Below are positions 30,393 through 43,056 of a DNA stretch of 64,000 bases, one piece after another. A program made the position numbers and the translations under genes. The number at the start of each line of letters is the position of its first letter. Position 1 is the first letter of the stretch. Source of the DNA: an uncultured Succinivibrionaceae bacterium (lineage in GTDB: Bacteria; Pseudomonadota; Gammaproteobacteria; Enterobacterales; Succinivibrionaceae); contig CALXOV010000055.1 of the NCBI GenBank assembly GCA_944390105.1, forward strand, positions 2,930 to 66,929, in the 5' to 3' direction. A model generated the notes under the pieces. That model was not told the origin of the DNA and ran no database searches. It worked only from the letters and a program-made list of their open reading frames with translations.

Positions 30393-32258
30393 TCAGTCCT
30401 CCAAATACGTATAGCCGTACAAGCCCTCTCTAAAGGCATCGACCAGCATGCGCGCTTCCTTATCATCTAGCGCCGAGGCGCGCACCTGCGAGGTAAACTG
30501 CTGCAGCAGCGCCGTGGCATCCAGCTTGACGTAAGAGAGCATCTCAGCTGCGGTGCTGCCTTCATCGGACAGATGCACCTCCACGCGCTCCTGGTAGACC
30601 ATGACATCCACCGCCTCAGTATCGCCGAACAGATTGTGCATATTGCCGAGGATTTCCTGATACGCTCCGACCATGAAAAAGCCGATATACGGCGGATCAT
30701 CTACCGGAAAATCCGGCAGCGGCATGGTCGCGGCAATATCCTCGCCCTCAATATACTGCTTGATCATGCCGTCGGAATCGCAGGTAATGTCCAGAAGCAG
30801 CGCCCGGCGCGTACACGGCGCATTGAGCCTTTCAAGCGGACAAATGGGAAAGAGCTGCCCAATGCCCCACGCGTCCGGCAGCGACTGAAACAGCGAAAAA
30901 TTAAGGTAGAGCTTATCGGCCATGCGCTCAGCGATCTCATCGTCAAGCGCCCGATGCTGCCGATTGCTTAAATCCAGGCGATGCTTGACCGCCTGACCGA
31001 TGCCCAAAAAGAGCTGCTCGGCCAAAGCCCGCTGCTCAAGACTGTAGACACCGGCGATAAAGCCTTGATTGATATCCTGCAGATCCATCTGCCCATCATG
31101 CCACCACTCACTTAAAGAGCGCTTGACCACCCCGCCCTTGGCCTCTTGATAAGTGTGAAACATCGACTGCAGCGGGCGCGGCGCATCCGCTGGTAATTCA
31201 TTAATGTCAGTAAACTCACAGCGCTCCTGCCCAATGACATTGGTTACCAAAACGGTGTGGTAGGCAGTAAGGGCTCGGCCGGATTCGGTGATGATGGTAG
31301 GCGGAGTCAGACCGTTTTCGCGGCAGGCATCGCCGATGGTCCAAATGATGTTGTTGGCATATTCCTTAAGCCCGTAATTGACCGAGCCCTCGGTCTGTGA
31401 GCGCGTGCCTTCATAGTCAACACCCAAGCCGCCGCCGACATCAAAAAACTCTAAGTTAACCCCGAGCTTACTTAACTGCACGAAAAAGTGCGCCGATTCA
31501 CGCACGCCGCGCACGATATCGCGGATGTTGGACAGCTGTGAGCCTAAATGAAAATGAATCAACTTTAAGCAATCAAGGCAGCCGGCCTCTTTGAGCGTGG
31601 CTACCATCTGCAGAATTTGCCCAGCCGTCAAGCCGAATTTAGACTTATCTCCGCCCGAGGCCTGCCATTTACCAGAAGCCTGCGAGGCCAAACGCGCGCG
31701 AATTCCCAACAGCGGCTTAACCTGCAGCCGTTTACCTTCACGCAACACAATGGCAAGCTCCGAGAGTTTTTCTATAACCAGAAAAACTTTATGGCCAATT
31801 TTCTGCCCCATTAACGCCAGCGCAATGTACTCGGCATCCTTATAACCATTGCACACAATCACAGAGCGAGTACGCCCAGCATGCGCCAAGACTGCCAACA
31901 GCTCAGCCTTTGAGCCAGCCTCAAGCCCTACCACTTCACCTGATTGGGTAATCGCATCCAACACCCGTTTGTGCTGATTGACCTTGATGGGATAAACCAG
32001 AAAATACTTGCCGCTGTAGCCGTAGCTTTCCCGTGCCTGCGCAAAAGCCTGATTAATTGAGCGCACGCGGTGCACTAAAATCTGCGGGAAACAAAACAGA
32101 GCAGGCAAACGCTGGCCATTACGTTCACGCTGGCGGACTAATTCGGCAAGATCAACCTGCGCCTCGGGCAGCGACGGATCGGGGCATACCGCGATGTGCC
32201 CTTTAGTGTTGACGGTAAAGTAATTATTGCCCCACCAGGCGATATTGTATGCGCTCAT
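30393..32258 (-). CDS. speA: biosynthetic arginine decarboxylase
   Basis: About 621 aa. N-terminus [11 protein letters not shown] and the PLP-region YPIKVNQ are typical of SpeA. The ATG at 32256-32258 is preceded by GGAGG; the ORF-track start at 32273 is the alternative. Confidence 0.9.
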   Translation of the reverse strand: MSAYNIAWWGNNYFTVNTKGHIAVCPDPSLPEAQVDLAELVRQRERNGQRLPALFCFPQILVHRVRSINQAFAQARESYGYSGKYFLVYPIKVNQHKRVLDAITQSGEVVGLEAGSKAELLAVLAHAGRTRSVIVCNGYKDAEYIALALMGQKIGHKVFLVIEKLSELAIVLREGKRLQVKPLLGIRARLASQASGKWQASGGDKSKFGLTAGQILQMVATLKEAGCLDCLKLIHFHLGSQLSNIRDIVRGVRESAHFFVQLSKLGVNLEFFDVGGGLGVDYEGTRSQTEGSVNYGLKEYANNIIWTIGDACRENGLTPPTIITESGRALTAYHTVLVTNVIGQERCEFTDINELPADAPRPLQSMFHTYQEAKGGVVKRSLSEWWHDGQMDLQDINQGFIAGVYSLEQRALAEQLFLGIGQAVKHRLDLSNRQHRALDDEIAERMADKLYLNFSLFQSLPDAWGIGQLFPICPLERLNAPCTRRALLLDITCDSDGMIKQYIEGEDIAATMPLPDFPVDDPPYIGFFMVGAYQEILGNMHNLFGDTEAVDVMVYQERVEVHLSDEGSTAAEMLSYVKLDATALLQQFTSQVRASALDDKEARMLVDAFREGLYGYTYLED

Positions 32259-32435
32259 GGGCTGCGCCTCCATAAAAGCTGCCGAAAAAAGGAGAGATAT
32301 GAAGCTGCTGCCGTTCTACAAGCTGCGGCTTGGCTTTACTCTAGCAGAGAATGACGCGCCTTGGGGACAAATTGTGCACTGAATGTGATATCAGCCGCCG
32401 CACAGAATGTGGGCGGCTTATGCAGCAAACCCAAC

Positions 32436-33512
32436 TTACTGCAAATTAGTCTTAAAGAAGGACTCTAGCTTATCAAACGGGATCGCATCAAAGTTATCGT
32501 ACAGATCAACATGATTAGCCCCCGGAATGATCATCAGCTCCTTATTATCTCCGGTCAAACGCTTGAAGGCATCTTCGGAAAAATAGCGCGAATGGGCTTT
32601 TTCACCGTGCACAATCAAAACCGGATTTTTAATCTCCGCAATGTAGGTAAGCTGCGGCATATTAATAAAGGACAGGGATGAAGTCATATTCCAGCCGCCG
32701 TTAGAGTTCAGCGAACGCGGATGATAGCCGCGCTCAGTCTTATAGTAGCCGTAATAATCTTTGACAAACTGTGCCGCATCAGCAGGCAACTTATCGGGCA
32801 GGCCGCCGGCTAATGTATAGCGGAAATTGCGATAATCCTCGGTGCGCTGAGCATTGAGTTGCTCCCGCAGCTTCATGCGATCTGCAGCATTCATCGCATC
32901 AAAATAACCATTAGCATTCACGCGGCTCATATCGTACATCGTCATAGCGGCAGTAGCCTTAATACGTGTATCAATGGCAGCAGCATTCAGCGACAAACCG
33001 CCCCAGCCGCAGATGCCAATAATACCGATGCGCTCGGGATCTACATCTGGTCGGGTAGACAGATAATCAACGGCAGCGCAGAAGTCTTCAGTATTGATAT
33101 CCGGCGAGGCCACGTAGCGCGGCTGACCACCGGATTCACCCGTAAATGACGGATCAAAGGCAATGGTTAAAAAGCCGCGTTCGGCCATGGTCATCGCATA
33201 CAATCCCGAGGCCTGCTCTTTGACGGCACCGAAGGGTCCTGCCACCGCGATTGCCGGCAGCTTACCCGTTGCATCCTTGGGCATGTACAGATCTGCCGCT
33301 AGAGTAATGCCATAGCGATTAACAAAGGTTACCTTAGCATGATGCACCTTGTCGCTGAGTTTAAACACCTTATCCCACTTCGTTTCGAGCTTTAAATCCT
33401 GTAGTACTATCGGACTGCCGGTATGAGTATTACTGTCAATAGCCATTGCTGCTCCTGTAGTCATTACGCTTAAGGCCAGAGCGGCGCATACTGCGCGAGC
33501 TAACTTACGCAT
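32436..33512 (-). CDS. secreted alpha/beta hydrolase (dienelactone-hydrolase-like)
   Basis: Signal peptide MRKLARAVCAALALSVMTTGAAMA. Nucleophile elbow IGIIGICGWGG (G-x-C-x-G, Cys nucleophile). C-terminal GANHVDLYD supplies a His. Confidence 0.7.
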   Translation of the reverse strand: MRKLARAVCAALALSVMTTGAAMAIDSNTHTGSPIVLQDLKLETKWDKVFKLSDKVHHAKVTFVNRYGITLAADLYMPKDATGKLPAIAVAGPFGAVKEQASGLYAMTMAERGFLTIAFDPSFTGESGGQPRYVASPDINTEDFCAAVDYLSTRPDVDPERIGIIGICGWGGLSLNAAAIDTRIKATAAMTMYDMSRVNANGYFDAMNAADRMKLREQLNAQRTEDYRNFRYTLAGGLPDKLPADAAQFVKDYYGYYKTERGYHPRSLNSNGGWNMTSSLSFINMPQLTYIAEIKNPVLIVHGEKAHSRYFSEDAFKRLTGDNKELMIIPGANHVDLYDNFDAIPFDKLESFFKTNLQ

Positions 33513-33759
33513 AATTAAATCTCCTTGAAAGTATCGTTCCTCAGGCTCGGAACTTAACTGACCTCATTATGCCAATCCAGCTTAATTATTACTAATACTA
33601 TATTTTTATATAAAATTATGCGTTTTACACATAATAAAGACAGCAAAAATGCATTCAAAGAAAGTCTCAGCTACGCCCAAGCCGCGACGCCTGTGCATAA
33701 ACCAAAAAAGATATTGGGGAATTTGCGCCATAGCGCTAGACAAGCAAGGCTCATTGAGC

Positions 33760-33797
33760 AAAAGAAAACGCCTGCTATTTTGTTGAGAATGCAGGCG
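33760..33797 (-). terminator. possible terminator after sucD
   Basis: 7-bp stem CGCCTGC / GCAGGCG with a 15-nt loop, followed on the minus strand by TTTTCTTTT. Confidence 0.4.
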
Positions 33798-33807
33798 CTA
33801 AAGAGAC

Positions 33808-34686
33808 TTAATTCCAGCCGGCGGCTTCTCGCAGACCGTCGGCGATATCAGCGGCTGTCGGCACCACGATCACGCCAGCATCGCGCAGCGCCTGCTGCTT
33901 GGCCTGCGCGGTACCTTGTCCGCCAGTAATAATCGCCCCCGCATGTCCCATGCGCTGTCCGGGAGGAGCAGTAACCCCGGCAATATAGGACACCACCGGC
34001 TTGGTCATATGCGCCTTAATCCATGCGGCAGCATCCTGCTCCGAGGTTCCGCCAATCTCGCCAACCATCACCACCGCTTCAGTTTCCGGATCGTTTTCAA
34101 ACAGCTCCAGCATATCAACAAAACTAGAACCCTGTACCGGATCGCCGCCGATGCCGACACAGGTGGATTGACCAAATCCCGCATCAGTGGTCTGCTTAAC
34201 GGCTTCATAAGTTAAAGTACCCGAGCGCGACACGATGCCGACTTTGCCCTTTTGATGAATACTGCCGGGCATAATGCCGATTTTACATTCATCTGGGCTG
34301 ATGATGCCCGGACAGTTAGGGCCGATTAAGCGCGTATGCGGAGCTAGACGCAACTTGGCCTTAACCTTTAACATATCAAGTACCGGAATGCCTTCGGTAA
34401 TGCAGACGATAAGCTCAAGACCGGCATCTATCGCCTCTAAAATTGAGTCAGCGGCAAAAGCTGGCGGCACTAAAATCATTGACGCAGTCGCACCGGTAAC
34501 CTCAACGCATTCGCGCACCGTATTGAAAACCGGCAGCCCTAAATGCTGCTGGCCACCGCGCCCTGGGGTCACACCGCCGACCATGCGAGTACCGTATTCA
34601 ATGCACTGCTCAGTGTGCGCACTGCCCTGCGAGCCGGTGATGCCCTGTGTCATCACCTTGGTATCTTTGTGAACCAGAATGCTCAT
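33808..34686 (-). CDS. sucD: succinate--CoA ligase subunit alpha
   Basis: 292 aa. [27 protein letters not shown] and the phospho-His loop MGHAGAII. Confidence 0.93.
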   Translation of the reverse strand: MSILVHKDTKVMTQGITGSQGSAHTEQCIEYGTRMVGGVTPGRGGQQHLGLPVFNTVRECVEVTGATASMILVPPAFAADSILEAIDAGLELIVCITEGIPVLDMLKVKAKLRLAPHTRLIGPNCPGIISPDECKIGIMPGSIHQKGKVGIVSRSGTLTYEAVKQTTDAGFGQSTCVGIGGDPVQGSSFVDMLELFENDPETEAVVMVGEIGGTSEQDAAAWIKAHMTKPVVSYIAGVTAPPGQRMGHAGAIITGGQGTAQAKQQALRDAGVIVVPTAADIADGLREAAGWN

Positions 34687-35855
34687 GCCTGTGCCTCCGC
34701 TGCCATCTGAACGGCTAGCAACGCTGCTTGACGCAGCGTCGTTGCCGGATGAATATTAAGTCCGCTGTGCATTAATAATTCAGCCCCTGCTGCAGCGTGA
34801 TTGCCCTCAAGGCGTACCACCACCGGCACATTCGTTCCGACTTCACGCACGGCGCCAAGAATACCTTCAGCAATTAAGTCACAGCGCACAATACCACCGA
34901 AAATATTGACGAGAATGCAGCGCACATGCGCATCCTCGAGAATGATTTTAAAAGCTTCCATCACGCGTTCGCGCGTTGCCGTACCGCCGACATCAAGGAA
35001 ATTCGCCGGAGCGCCGCCAGAGTTTTTAATAATGTCCATAGTGCCCATGGCCAATCCCGCGCCATTAACCAGACAACCGATGCTGCCCTCAAGCGGCACG
35101 TAAGAAAATCCGGACGCCACGGCACGCGCAATACGCGGATCTTCTTGCGATGGATCGTCAAGCTCTACTAAATCAGGGTGGCGGAACAACGCATAATCAT
35201 CAAGATTAATCTTAGCATCCAAACATAAGAGTGTTCCTTCAGGGGTAACTGCCAGCGGATTAATCTCCACTAAGCTCAAATCCTTTTCCAAGAACATCTT
35301 AGCGATGCCAACAAAAATCTTGGTAAATTCGTTGACCTGCTTACCCTTAAGTCCCAATTTATAGGCAAGCGCGCGGCCCTGATAAGGCTGCGGCCCGGTA
35401 AGTTCATCAATCACCACCTTTAAAATCTTGTCCGGCTCCTTGGCTGCAAGCTCTTCAATTGACATGCCGCCAGCCTCAGAGGCCATAATAGTCAAATGGG
35501 CGGAAGTGCGGTCAATGGTAGCGCCTAAGTAGAGCTCGCGGACGGCAGCAGTCGCCCGCTCAATTAAGATGCGCGATACCAGCTTGCCGTGTGGTCCGCT
35601 TTGATGCGTAACGAGGCGATTACCGAGCCACTTGGCAGCAAAAGCTTCGGCCTCAGCAGGGGTCTGCACCAGCATCACGCCGCCGGCCTTGCCGCGGGCT
35701 CCCGAGTGCACCTGACATTTGCAGACAAAAGGACCGGGGGATAATTCATAGGCTGCCTTGCCAATACCGGTAGCCTTAGTGCTGACTTTAAAGTCCGGCA
35801 CCGGGATGCCGTAGGCGCGGAGCATCTCTTTAGATTGATATTCGTGTAAGTGCAT
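34683..35855 (-). CDS. sucC: succinate--CoA ligase (ADP-forming) subunit beta
   Basis: 390 aa starting [24 protein letters not shown] overlap with sucD. Confidence 0.93.
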   Translation of the reverse strand: MHLHEYQSKEMLRAYGIPVPDFKVSTKATGIGKAAYELSPGPFVCKCQVHSGARGKAGGVMLVQTPAEAEAFAAKWLGNRLVTHQSGPHGKLVSRILIERATAAVRELYLGATIDRTSAHLTIMASEAGGMSIEELAAKEPDKILKVVIDELTGPQPYQGRALAYKLGLKGKQVNEFTKIFVGIAKMFLEKDLSLVEINPLAVTPEGTLLCLDAKINLDDYALFRHPDLVELDDPSQEDPRIARAVASGFSYVPLEGSIGCLVNGAGLAMGTMDIIKNSGGAPANFLDVGGTATRERVMEAFKIILEDAHVRCILVNIFGGIVRCDLIAEGILGAVREVGTNVPVVVRLEGNHAAAGAELLMHSGLNIHPATTLRQAALLAVQMAAEAQA

Positions 35856-35892
35856 TTTTTATTAACTTAGTGTAGCAAATTTGTGCAACATA

Positions 35893-35927
35893 ATAACAAA
35901 AAACCCTGCCAGGAGATCCGACAGGGT
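35893..35927 (-). terminator. possible terminator after ppiD
   Basis: Short CCCTG/CAGGG stem followed by TTTTTT on the minus strand. Confidence 0.3.
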
Positions 35928-35960
35928 AAGTAGCAAGCAATTGCAAAATCAGTGCAAAGC

Positions 35961-37883
35961 TTATTCTTCTGAACGATTTTGCTGATTAATCATATTGATA
36001 GCTTCTTCGTTGTACTCAATATCGGTCAGCTCGCGTGCACCAGCATAGAGCGCATTTTGCAACTTGTCCTGATAATACTGCACCATTTGAGAGCGCAATA
36101 GCGCTTCATATTCGCTCGGCTGCATCTCATCCGAACGCCCGACACTCTTTAACACCGCTAAAGCTTCTTGTCCCTTATTCGGGCCAATGCAATAACGCGC
36201 ATCCCCGTCCTGCGGAATGGCGTAGATAGCAAGACCAAAATCACGTTCAAAGTCATTAACGCCGCGCTCAACCTTAAGATTCTGCACGACGGTAACATCA
36301 GCAGGCAGCGCAGTATCGGGATCCCGCATCAGCTTTGCTGCAAAGTCTTCTAATACCGCGCGGCTTTGTTGCTCTGCCTTGGCATTAATCACCTGCGCGG
36401 CGGCTTCTGCCTTGACCTCAGCAAAAGTACGCAGCTGCGCTTCATGATAATCATGAATATTGATCACCATAGCAACGCTATCAGAAATAGTAATGACGGG
36501 AGAATTAATCCCTGACGTATAGTTCTCTTCATTAAAGGCCGCATCCTGTAGCGCCGGAGTATTCAGCGGCCACGGGGCAGTGCTATCGCCCTGATTTAAA
36601 CCGCCGCACTCCTTAACCTCAAGCTTTAAATTCTCGGCAGTCACATCTAAGGAATCCGGATTTTCAAAGGAAAGATCTGACATGGTGTTGAGTGCATTTT
36701 GATACAGCTCACGGGCCTTATCGTTGACATAGGCGGTAGTCAGCGCATCCTTAATCTGAGCAAACTCCGGCACTGCTGCCGGATGAATCTTATCCACCTT
36801 AAGGTAATGGGTGCCGAAATTATCAACAATTTTGTCGCTGACCTGCCCTACCTGCAGCGCAAACACCGCCGCATCAAGATTTGACGCTAAATTACCACGC
36901 GCCACCGTACCTAGGCTACCGCCGTTATCGTGGGCACTGGGGTCATCGGAATACTGCGCGGCAAGCTGCGCAAAATCCTGCCCCTGGGCTAAGGCTTCAT
37001 CAATAGCGGCAATGCGTTCCTGCGCATCCGCAGCATCCGCTTTAATTAAAATCTGGCGCACTTCACGGGTCTCGGGCTGCATGAAGTCATCTGCATTGAG
37101 ATTTAAGTAGTTCGTCAAATCTTCGTCAGTGTAGGTGACCTGTTTTTTCAAATCATTGATATCAAGCAACAGATAAGTGAACTTCACCTGCGCCGGTGCC
37201 ATAAAATCGTCATGATGCGCATCATAATAGGCCTGCACCTCAGCATCCGGAGCTGAAAGTCCAGCTTTGATGTGCTCAGGATTTAAGGTATAGAGATCGA
37301 TCACGCGCTGCTGCATGAAGAGATCGGTCATCGCGTTTAACTCATAGGGCAAAGGCAACGCCGCGGTATTGACCACCGGATTGCGTACAAAGTCAGTCAT
37401 CAGCGACAGCCGCAGCTGCTCGCCGAAATACTCAGGATTCATGCCCATATTGCGCACGGAAGCTAAATACAATTCGTTATCAAATTTACCGTCACGCTGG
37501 AAGGCCGGAGTACGGCGAATGACATCGCGGACCTGCTCATCGCCAATGCGCACATCCGTGTGGTAAACGGCGCTGCTTAACGCGACATTATTAATCATGC
37601 TCTCAAGCACCTGTGAGCGCAGGGCGTTCACATACTGCTGATTTTCCAGCAGGCGAGACGCCTCGGCGCCGTACATGCGGTGCATTTGCTGCGTCTGCCG
37701 GTTGTACTGCTCATTCCACTCATTAGCGCTGATGGAATAGCTGCCGACCTTAACTGGGTCAGTGTTGAGCCGCGGAATCAAATAACCGCCGACGCCGGCA
37801 AAAATAAAGGAAAGGATGATGATCCAGAACAGTATTTTAAAAATTTTACCCTGTGCGCCTTCACGCAGCTTATCCGATAACAT
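35961..37883 (-). CDS. ppiD: periplasmic chaperone PpiD (membrane-anchored PPIase-domain protein)
   Basis: Start at ATG 37881-37883 (MLSDKLREGAQGKIFKILFWIIILSFIFAGVGGYL) parallels the E. coli PpiD N-terminus and TM anchor. Position after hupB matches the conserved synteny. Confidence 0.85.
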   Translation of the reverse strand: MLSDKLREGAQGKIFKILFWIIILSFIFAGVGGYLIPRLNTDPVKVGSYSISANEWNEQYNRQTQQMHRMYGAEASRLLENQQYVNALRSQVLESMINNVALSSAVYHTDVRIGDEQVRDVIRRTPAFQRDGKFDNELYLASVRNMGMNPEYFGEQLRLSLMTDFVRNPVVNTAALPLPYELNAMTDLFMQQRVIDLYTLNPEHIKAGLSAPDAEVQAYYDAHHDDFMAPAQVKFTYLLLDINDLKKQVTYTDEDLTNYLNLNADDFMQPETREVRQILIKADAADAQERIAAIDEALAQGQDFAQLAAQYSDDPSAHDNGGSLGTVARGNLASNLDAAVFALQVGQVSDKIVDNFGTHYLKVDKIHPAAVPEFAQIKDALTTAYVNDKARELYQNALNTMSDLSFENPDSLDVTAENLKLEVKECGGLNQGDSTAPWPLNTPALQDAAFNEENYTSGINSPVITISDSVAMVINIHDYHEAQLRTFAEVKAEAAAQVINAKAEQQSRAVLEDFAAKLMRDPDTALPADVTVVQNLKVERGVNDFERDFGLAIYAIPQDGDARYCIGPNKGQEALAVLKSVGRSDEMQPSEYEALLRSQMVQYYQDKLQNALYAGARELTDIEYNEEAINMINQQNRSEE

Positions 37884-38061
37884 GCTTTCTTTCTCCGCAG
37901 TGTACACTGCCTCCTGCCGTCCCTTGGCCGCAACTCTAACGTCTGCAGCAAAGAGCCATAATCGTCTTGAACTTACGTTGCGGACAGACCAGCAAACGCT
38001 GTGCCTTTAGGCTTGAGACGAACTTATAAATTAAAACTTTGGGGATTATACCTTAGTCTTG

Positions 38062-38091
38062 AGCAAAAGAAATCCCCGCAAGCGCGGGGAT
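38062..38091 (-). terminator. rho-independent terminator after hupB
   Basis: 8-bp stem ATCCCCGC / GCGGGGAT with loop AAGC, then TTCTTTTG on the minus strand. Confidence 0.6.
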
Positions 38092-38170
38092 CCTGACACT
38101 AACGCTAATAGCTATCTAAGGGCGCACACGTGACTTCACACCACCGCCGCCTGCAATTTTAAACCGCATA

Positions 38171-38446
38171 TTACTGATTGACAGCGTCCTTTAAGGACTT
38201 ACCTGCTTTGAAAGCCGGAACCTTGACGGCAGGAATCACCAACTTTTCCTTAGTGCGTGGGTTAAGACCAGTACGCTCAGCACGTTCGCGCACCATGAAG
38301 GTGCCAAAGCCGACTAAAGCGATTGAATCACCGGCGCTGAGAGCTTCCTGAACTACTTCCATGAAGGCATTGACAGCAGCAGCAGCATCCTTAGGGGATA
38401 ATTTAGCTTTGGCAGCAACCTTCTCGACTAACTCACCTTTTTTCAC
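38171..38446 (-). CDS. hupB: DNA-binding protein HU
   Basis: 91 aa. GFGTFMVRERAERTGLNPRTKEKLVIPAVKVPAFKAGKSLKDAV is the HU/IHF signature. Located between lon and ppiD, as hupB is in E. coli. Confidence 0.9.
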   Translation of the reverse strand: MKKGELVEKVAAKAKLSPKDAAAAVNAFMEVVQEALSAGDSIALVGFGTFMVRERAERTGLNPRTKEKLVIPAVKVPAFKAGKSLKDAVNQ

Positions 38447-38617
38447 AATACACTCCTTGCTTAATTCTGTGATACAGCCTCATTGCCTGCAAAAGGCTGC
38501 GATATAGCGCCTTCATTATGCCTAGCTTTTTCCGCAATACTTGTTTTTCTTGCTATAAATGGGATCTTGGGCACTTTTTTGCCCGGATTTACCGGGCAAA
38601 AAAGCCCCCAAGCGGTA

Positions 38618-38986
38618 CTACTGCGTGCCTGCGGATGGAATTATGGGCTCGATTTTGTCTGTAGCTTTTTCCTGCTCTAGTTGCGCCACGAAGGCAGCGA
38701 GGCAACTTAAATCTTCGTCCAAATCTTCAATCAAGCGGCGCAACTTAATGCTTTGCTCATCAGGCACTTCATCTTGCTGCCAGAAGTCAAGCAAGTGATT
38801 GAGCTCGGGCAACAGATTTTCTGCAGTGACCCACAAAGGCTTGACGATACGCAACAGCAAGCCGGCATCAGCTGGTGTTGCGTTTTGCCGCACCAGCTGC
38901 GCCAAACCATGGACTTTGTGCGCCAAATCAGCCGCTGAAGTTAAGAACTGCGCAACCGCCTGCGGAGCCTTTGCTTCATCCGTCAT
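38618..38986 (-). CDS. hypothetical acidic protein (about 122 aa)
   Basis: ORF between lon and hupB. I prefer the ATG at 38984-38986 (MTDEAKAPQ...), preceded by GGAGGAAAAAACG, which avoids overlapping lon. No recognisable motif. Confidence 0.4.
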   Translation of the reverse strand: MTDEAKAPQAVAQFLTSAADLAHKVHGLAQLVRQNATPADAGLLLRIVKPLWVTAENLLPELNHLLDFWQQDEVPDEQSIKLRRLIEDLDEDLSCLAAFVAQLEQEKATDKIEPIIPSAGTQ

Positions 38987-39012
38987 CGTTTTTTCCTCCA
39001 AGATTGGCACGC

Positions 39013-41619
39013 TCAGCAATTTGAGAGCGCGCTGTTGGCCGCACTATCATCCGGCACCGACGGCTGTCGTCCGGCAGCCCAGGCAGTGGTCGGCACAAAA
39101 CGGTACGGATCATGCACTAATGCCCGCTCAAGCACTTCATCAATGCGCTTGACTGGCACAATTTTCAGCCCCTGCTTAATATTCTCCGGGATATCCCACA
39201 GATCTTTTTCATTGTCCGCAGGGATTAAGACCTGCTTAATCCCGCCACGGAGGGCGGCAAGCAGCTTTTCCTTTAAACCGCCGATCGGCAGCACATCTCC
39301 GCGCAGCGTAATTTCACCGGTCATAGCCACATCCGCGCGCACCGGATTATCCGTCAGCGCCGATACAATCGCGGTTACCATCCCGATGCCGGCGGAAGGA
39401 CCTTCCTTCGGGGTCGCACCTTCAGGAACATGAATATGCAGATCGCACTTTTCATGGAAGGTCGGCGCCAAATGCAAAGCTGCGGCGCGCTTGCGGACCA
39501 CCGTAATCGCAGCACTGATACTTTCCTTCATCACCTCACCTAATTTACCGGTAAGCTGATGTTTGCCGGTACCCTCCAGCGCCACGGCCTCAAGCTGCAA
39601 AATATCGCCCCCCAAAGACGTCCACGCCAGTCCATTGACGAGCCCGACCTTATTGTCCTCAAGTTTAGAAGTAAAGTCATAGCGCCGCGGACCGAGTAGC
39701 TTACCGACGGTCTTGACCGTGATCACGCTCTTCCGGCGGCGTGCGGTTTGACCCGCAGCCTGCTTTTCTGAGGCCTTAAGCAGCCTCTCCTTCACCACCT
39801 TGCGGCAAAGCTCGTTAATCAAGCGCTCAAGACCACGCACGCCAGCTTCATGAGTGTAGTAGCGAATTAACTCGATAATCGCTTCATCGGCTAAGACAAA
39901 CTCTTTTTCGTCAAGAGCATTGGCGCGCAGTTGCTTGGGCAACAGATAACGGCGCGCAATATTGAATTTCTCATCTTCGGTATAAGATGAGAGATCGATG
40001 ATTTCCATGCGATCAAGCAACGGTCCAGGTATGTTATAGGAATTAGCCGTCGCAATAAACATCACCTTAGATAAATCGTACTCAAGCTCGACATAATTAT
40101 CAGCAAAACTCTTATTCTGCTCTGGATCAAGCACCTCAAGTAGTGCTGCGGAAGGATCACCGTGCAAGCCGTCCGAGCCGATTTTATCTATTTCATCAAG
40201 CACAAACAGTGGATTATTCACCCCGGCTTTAATTAAATTCTGCATAATGCGCCCCGGCAGCGAACCGATATAGGTGCGACGATGTCCGCGAATTTCAGCT
40301 TCATCATGCAGACCGCCTAAGGACACGCGAATGTATTTGCGCCCAGTAGCTTTAGCCACAGACGCGCCTAGCGAGGTCTTACCGATACCCGGCGGCCCCA
40401 TTAGGCAAATGATGGGACCGTGTAACCGCTCCGAGCGCGCCTGTACTGCCAAATACTCAAGGATGCGATCCTTAACCTTAGTCAAGCCGTAATGATCAGC
40501 ATCCAAGCTCTCCTTCGCCTTAAGCAGATCCGTATTAACTTCCGAGCTTTGTTCCCAAGGAATGGCCAGCAGTGTATCAATATAGTTGCGCACCATGATG
40601 TTCTCAGAGGAATTAATGCTCATGATGCCAAGCTTACTTATCTCTTTATCCAGCTTATCCTTTACCGCGGCCGGAGCCCGCAATTCAGTAAGTTTACGCC
40701 GATACTCTGCCAGATCGGCATCCTCATCATAGTCAATGTGCAGCTCATGCTTGATCGCTTTTAACTGCTCATTTAAATAATAATCACGCTGATGGCGCTC
40801 CATTGACTGCTTAGCTTCCTGACGGATGCGTTCAATCATTTCCTCTCGATAGGAATAGCCAGAAAGTAGCGAAATTAAAATACGCGCACGCTCAACCGGA
40901 TTGTTTTCAGACAAAAGCCGACGCTTATCGCTGACGTCTAATGTCATAACCTGTGTCAGCATATCCGTAAAGCGCGCCAGAACTGATTCCTGCTTAATAT
41001 TGTCCAGCACTTCAGGCGGAACTGCCTTATCGGTAAGGCGCGTTACAGCCTGCGCCGAATTTTCCATTGCGCTAAGCAAACTAGCTTGCAGTGCATCTAA
41101 ATAATGCTGCTGTTTACGAATTTCTTCAGCAGTGCGCGGCAGAGCATCATCCAAGACCTCCACTTCTGCCTGACGATACTGCAGTTTAGGATCATCAATC
41201 ATGCGCACTAGCTTTATACGGTGAAAGCCGCGAATCACGCAGCGATAAGTGTCCGGATCTTTAAACTCTCCATTGTGTACCAGGCATACCACTCCGGTAT
41301 TGAGCAGCGCATCAGCTGCAGGATGTTCGTCACTGTCATTGAGCTGACAGAATACCGCCAGACTCTGCTGTTTGGCGATACAGTAGGCGCAGGCCTGAAT
41401 CGACTGCTCGCGCGCAGCTAAGATCTGCACATTAGAATGAGGCATTACAATAATGCCGCGCAGCGTAATTAACGGCAGAATTAAGCGGCTGCCAGGCTCG
41501 GCGCTGCGTATCAGCTCGGCCATGGTATTGGCATTGTCAAGATAATCAGATGCAGCTTGCTTCTCAGATTGATTAACGGCAGCAGATGCCGGCGAACGCT
41601 TGGCTTTAGAGGCTGACAT
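39013..41619 (-). CDS. lon: ATP-dependent Lon protease
   Basis: Walker [10 protein letters not shown], Walker B FVLDEIDK, and protease site PKEGPSAGI (PKDGPSAG-type). It is 868 aa, with about 45 extra N-terminal and 35 extra C-terminal residues compared with E. coli Lon as I remember it. The start is therefore uncertain. Confidence 0.92.
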   Translation of the reverse strand: MSASKAKRSPASAAVNQSEKQAASDYLDNANTMAELIRSAEPGSRLILPLITLRGIIVMPHSNVQILAAREQSIQACAYCIAKQQSLAVFCQLNDSDEHPAADALLNTGVVCLVHNGEFKDPDTYRCVIRGFHRIKLVRMIDDPKLQYRQAEVEVLDDALPRTAEEIRKQQHYLDALQASLLSAMENSAQAVTRLTDKAVPPEVLDNIKQESVLARFTDMLTQVMTLDVSDKRRLLSENNPVERARILISLLSGYSYREEMIERIRQEAKQSMERHQRDYYLNEQLKAIKHELHIDYDEDADLAEYRRKLTELRAPAAVKDKLDKEISKLGIMSINSSENIMVRNYIDTLLAIPWEQSSEVNTDLLKAKESLDADHYGLTKVKDRILEYLAVQARSERLHGPIICLMGPPGIGKTSLGASVAKATGRKYIRVSLGGLHDEAEIRGHRRTYIGSLPGRIMQNLIKAGVNNPLFVLDEIDKIGSDGLHGDPSAALLEVLDPEQNKSFADNYVELEYDLSKVMFIATANSYNIPGPLLDRMEIIDLSSYTEDEKFNIARRYLLPKQLRANALDEKEFVLADEAIIELIRYYTHEAGVRGLERLINELCRKVVKERLLKASEKQAAGQTARRRKSVITVKTVGKLLGPRRYDFTSKLEDNKVGLVNGLAWTSLGGDILQLEAVALEGTGKHQLTGKLGEVMKESISAAITVVRKRAAALHLAPTFHEKCDLHIHVPEGATPKEGPSAGIGMVTAIVSALTDNPVRADVAMTGEITLRGDVLPIGGLKEKLLAALRGGIKQVLIPADNEKDLWDIPENIKQGLKIVPVKRIDEVLERALVHDPYRFVPTTAWAAGRQPSVPDDSAANSALSNC

Positions 41620-41750
41620 AAAACTTATGAACTCACTTTAGAGGTAAAAGTTGGCTTAATCGTAAGGTATGTTTTACATGCGGGCAGGATGAAAATTTTT
41701 CAAGAGCTGCAACAGCCGGCAGTCATAAGATTGCCGGCTTGATGTGGACC

Positions 41751-43055
41751 TTAAGCGTTGGAGGCTAAAGCTCCAGACTCATCCTTAATTACTAAGGGCT
41801 CCGAGCCTGTCTTCACCGTATTTTCGTCCACCACCACTTTCTTCACATCATGCACTGAAGGGATATCGTACATGGTGTTGAGCAGTAGACTTTCGACCAC
41901 CGAGCGCAGACCACGCGCACCGGTGTGGCGAGCAATTGCAGTATCCGCGATCGCCTGTAGCGCCTCTTCAGTGAAGATGAGCTCAACCCCTTCAAGTTTG
42001 AACATAGTCTCAAACTGACGCACAATGGCATTTTTCGGCTCGCGCAACACGCGAACTAAAGCAGCGCGGTCAAGCTCAGATAAAGCGGTAATCACCGGCA
42101 TGCGGCCGACAAACTCCGGAATAATGCCAAATTTGACTAAATCATCCGGCTCCACGCGTTGATATTTCTGCGTTAAGGTCAGCTGATCTTTCTGCCCTAG
42201 AACTTCAGCGCCAAAGCCGATACCCGAGTTTTTCGACACCCGCTTTTCAACAATCTTATCCAGACCATCAAACGCGCCGCCGCAGATAAATAAAATCTGT
42301 GAAGTATCGACTTCCAGCATCTTTTGCTGCGGATGCTTGCGGCCGCCTTCCGGCGGAATTGAAGCTACCGTACCTTCAACGAGCTTGAGCAAGGCCTGCT
42401 GTACACCTTCGCCGGACACATCGCGGGTAATAGACGGATTTTCCGACTTGCGAGCAATCTTATCAATCTCATCAATATAAATGATGCCGCGCTGCGCTTT
42501 CTGCACATCATAATCACAGCTTTGCAGCAGACGCACAATCACGTTCTCCACGTCTTCACCCACGTAGCCAGCTTCAGTTAAAGTCGTGGCATCAGACATG
42601 GCAAACGGCACCTGCAGATAGCGCGCTAAAGTCTGCACTAACAGCGTTTTACCTGAGCCGGTGGGACCAATCATTAAAATATTAGACTTGCCAAGCTCCA
42701 CATCATCACTGTGCTGCATGTGTTTTAAGCGCTTGTAATGATTGTAAACTGCCACCGACAGTACTTTCTTAGCATCTTCCTGGCCAATGACGTAATCATT
42801 TAAATGCTGCGCCATCTGATGGGGAGTCGGAATGTTGTCAAGGTCAAGCCCACCATGCTGCGCAGCGCTACTGAGCGGGGCTGGCTCCTCTGGCTTTACC
42901 GCCCCCTGCGACGCCAGCACGCGATAGCAGCGCATCACACAGTCCGAGCAGATACAGCTGCCGCCATCTGACTGAATTAAAGTGCGCCCAGTACTTTGAC
43001 CGCGGCCGCAGAAAATGCAGGTTGGCGACTTTTTATCCGAATCGTGGTCTTGCAT
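41751..43055 (-). CDS. clpX: ATP-dependent Clp protease ATP-binding subunit ClpX
   Basis: N-terminal zinc finger CIFCG...CSDC, Walker A GPTGSGKT, Walker [10 protein letters not shown]. Confidence 0.95.
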   Translation of the reverse strand: MQDHDSDKKSPTCIFCGRGQSTGRTLIQSDGGSCICSDCVMRCYRVLASQGAVKPEEPAPLSSAAQHGGLDLDNIPTPHQMAQHLNDYVIGQEDAKKVLSVAVYNHYKRLKHMQHSDDVELGKSNILMIGPTGSGKTLLVQTLARYLQVPFAMSDATTLTEAGYVGEDVENVIVRLLQSCDYDVQKAQRGIIYIDEIDKIARKSENPSITRDVSGEGVQQALLKLVEGTVASIPPEGGRKHPQQKMLEVDTSQILFICGGAFDGLDKIVEKRVSKNSGIGFGAEVLGQKDQLTLTQKYQRVEPDDLVKFGIIPEFVGRMPVITALSELDRAALVRVLREPKNAIVRQFETMFKLEGVELIFTEEALQAIADTAIARHTGARGLRSVVESLLLNTMYDIPSVHDVKKVVVDENTVKTGSEPLVIKDESGALASNA

Positions 43056-43056
43056 A

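Noticed and set aside
33618-33929. 103-aa plus-strand ORF between the hydrolase gene and sucD.
   Set aside because: It overlaps the 3' end of sucD antisense, its product is Arg/Lys/Ala/Gln-rich low complexity, and the region contains the putative sucD terminator.
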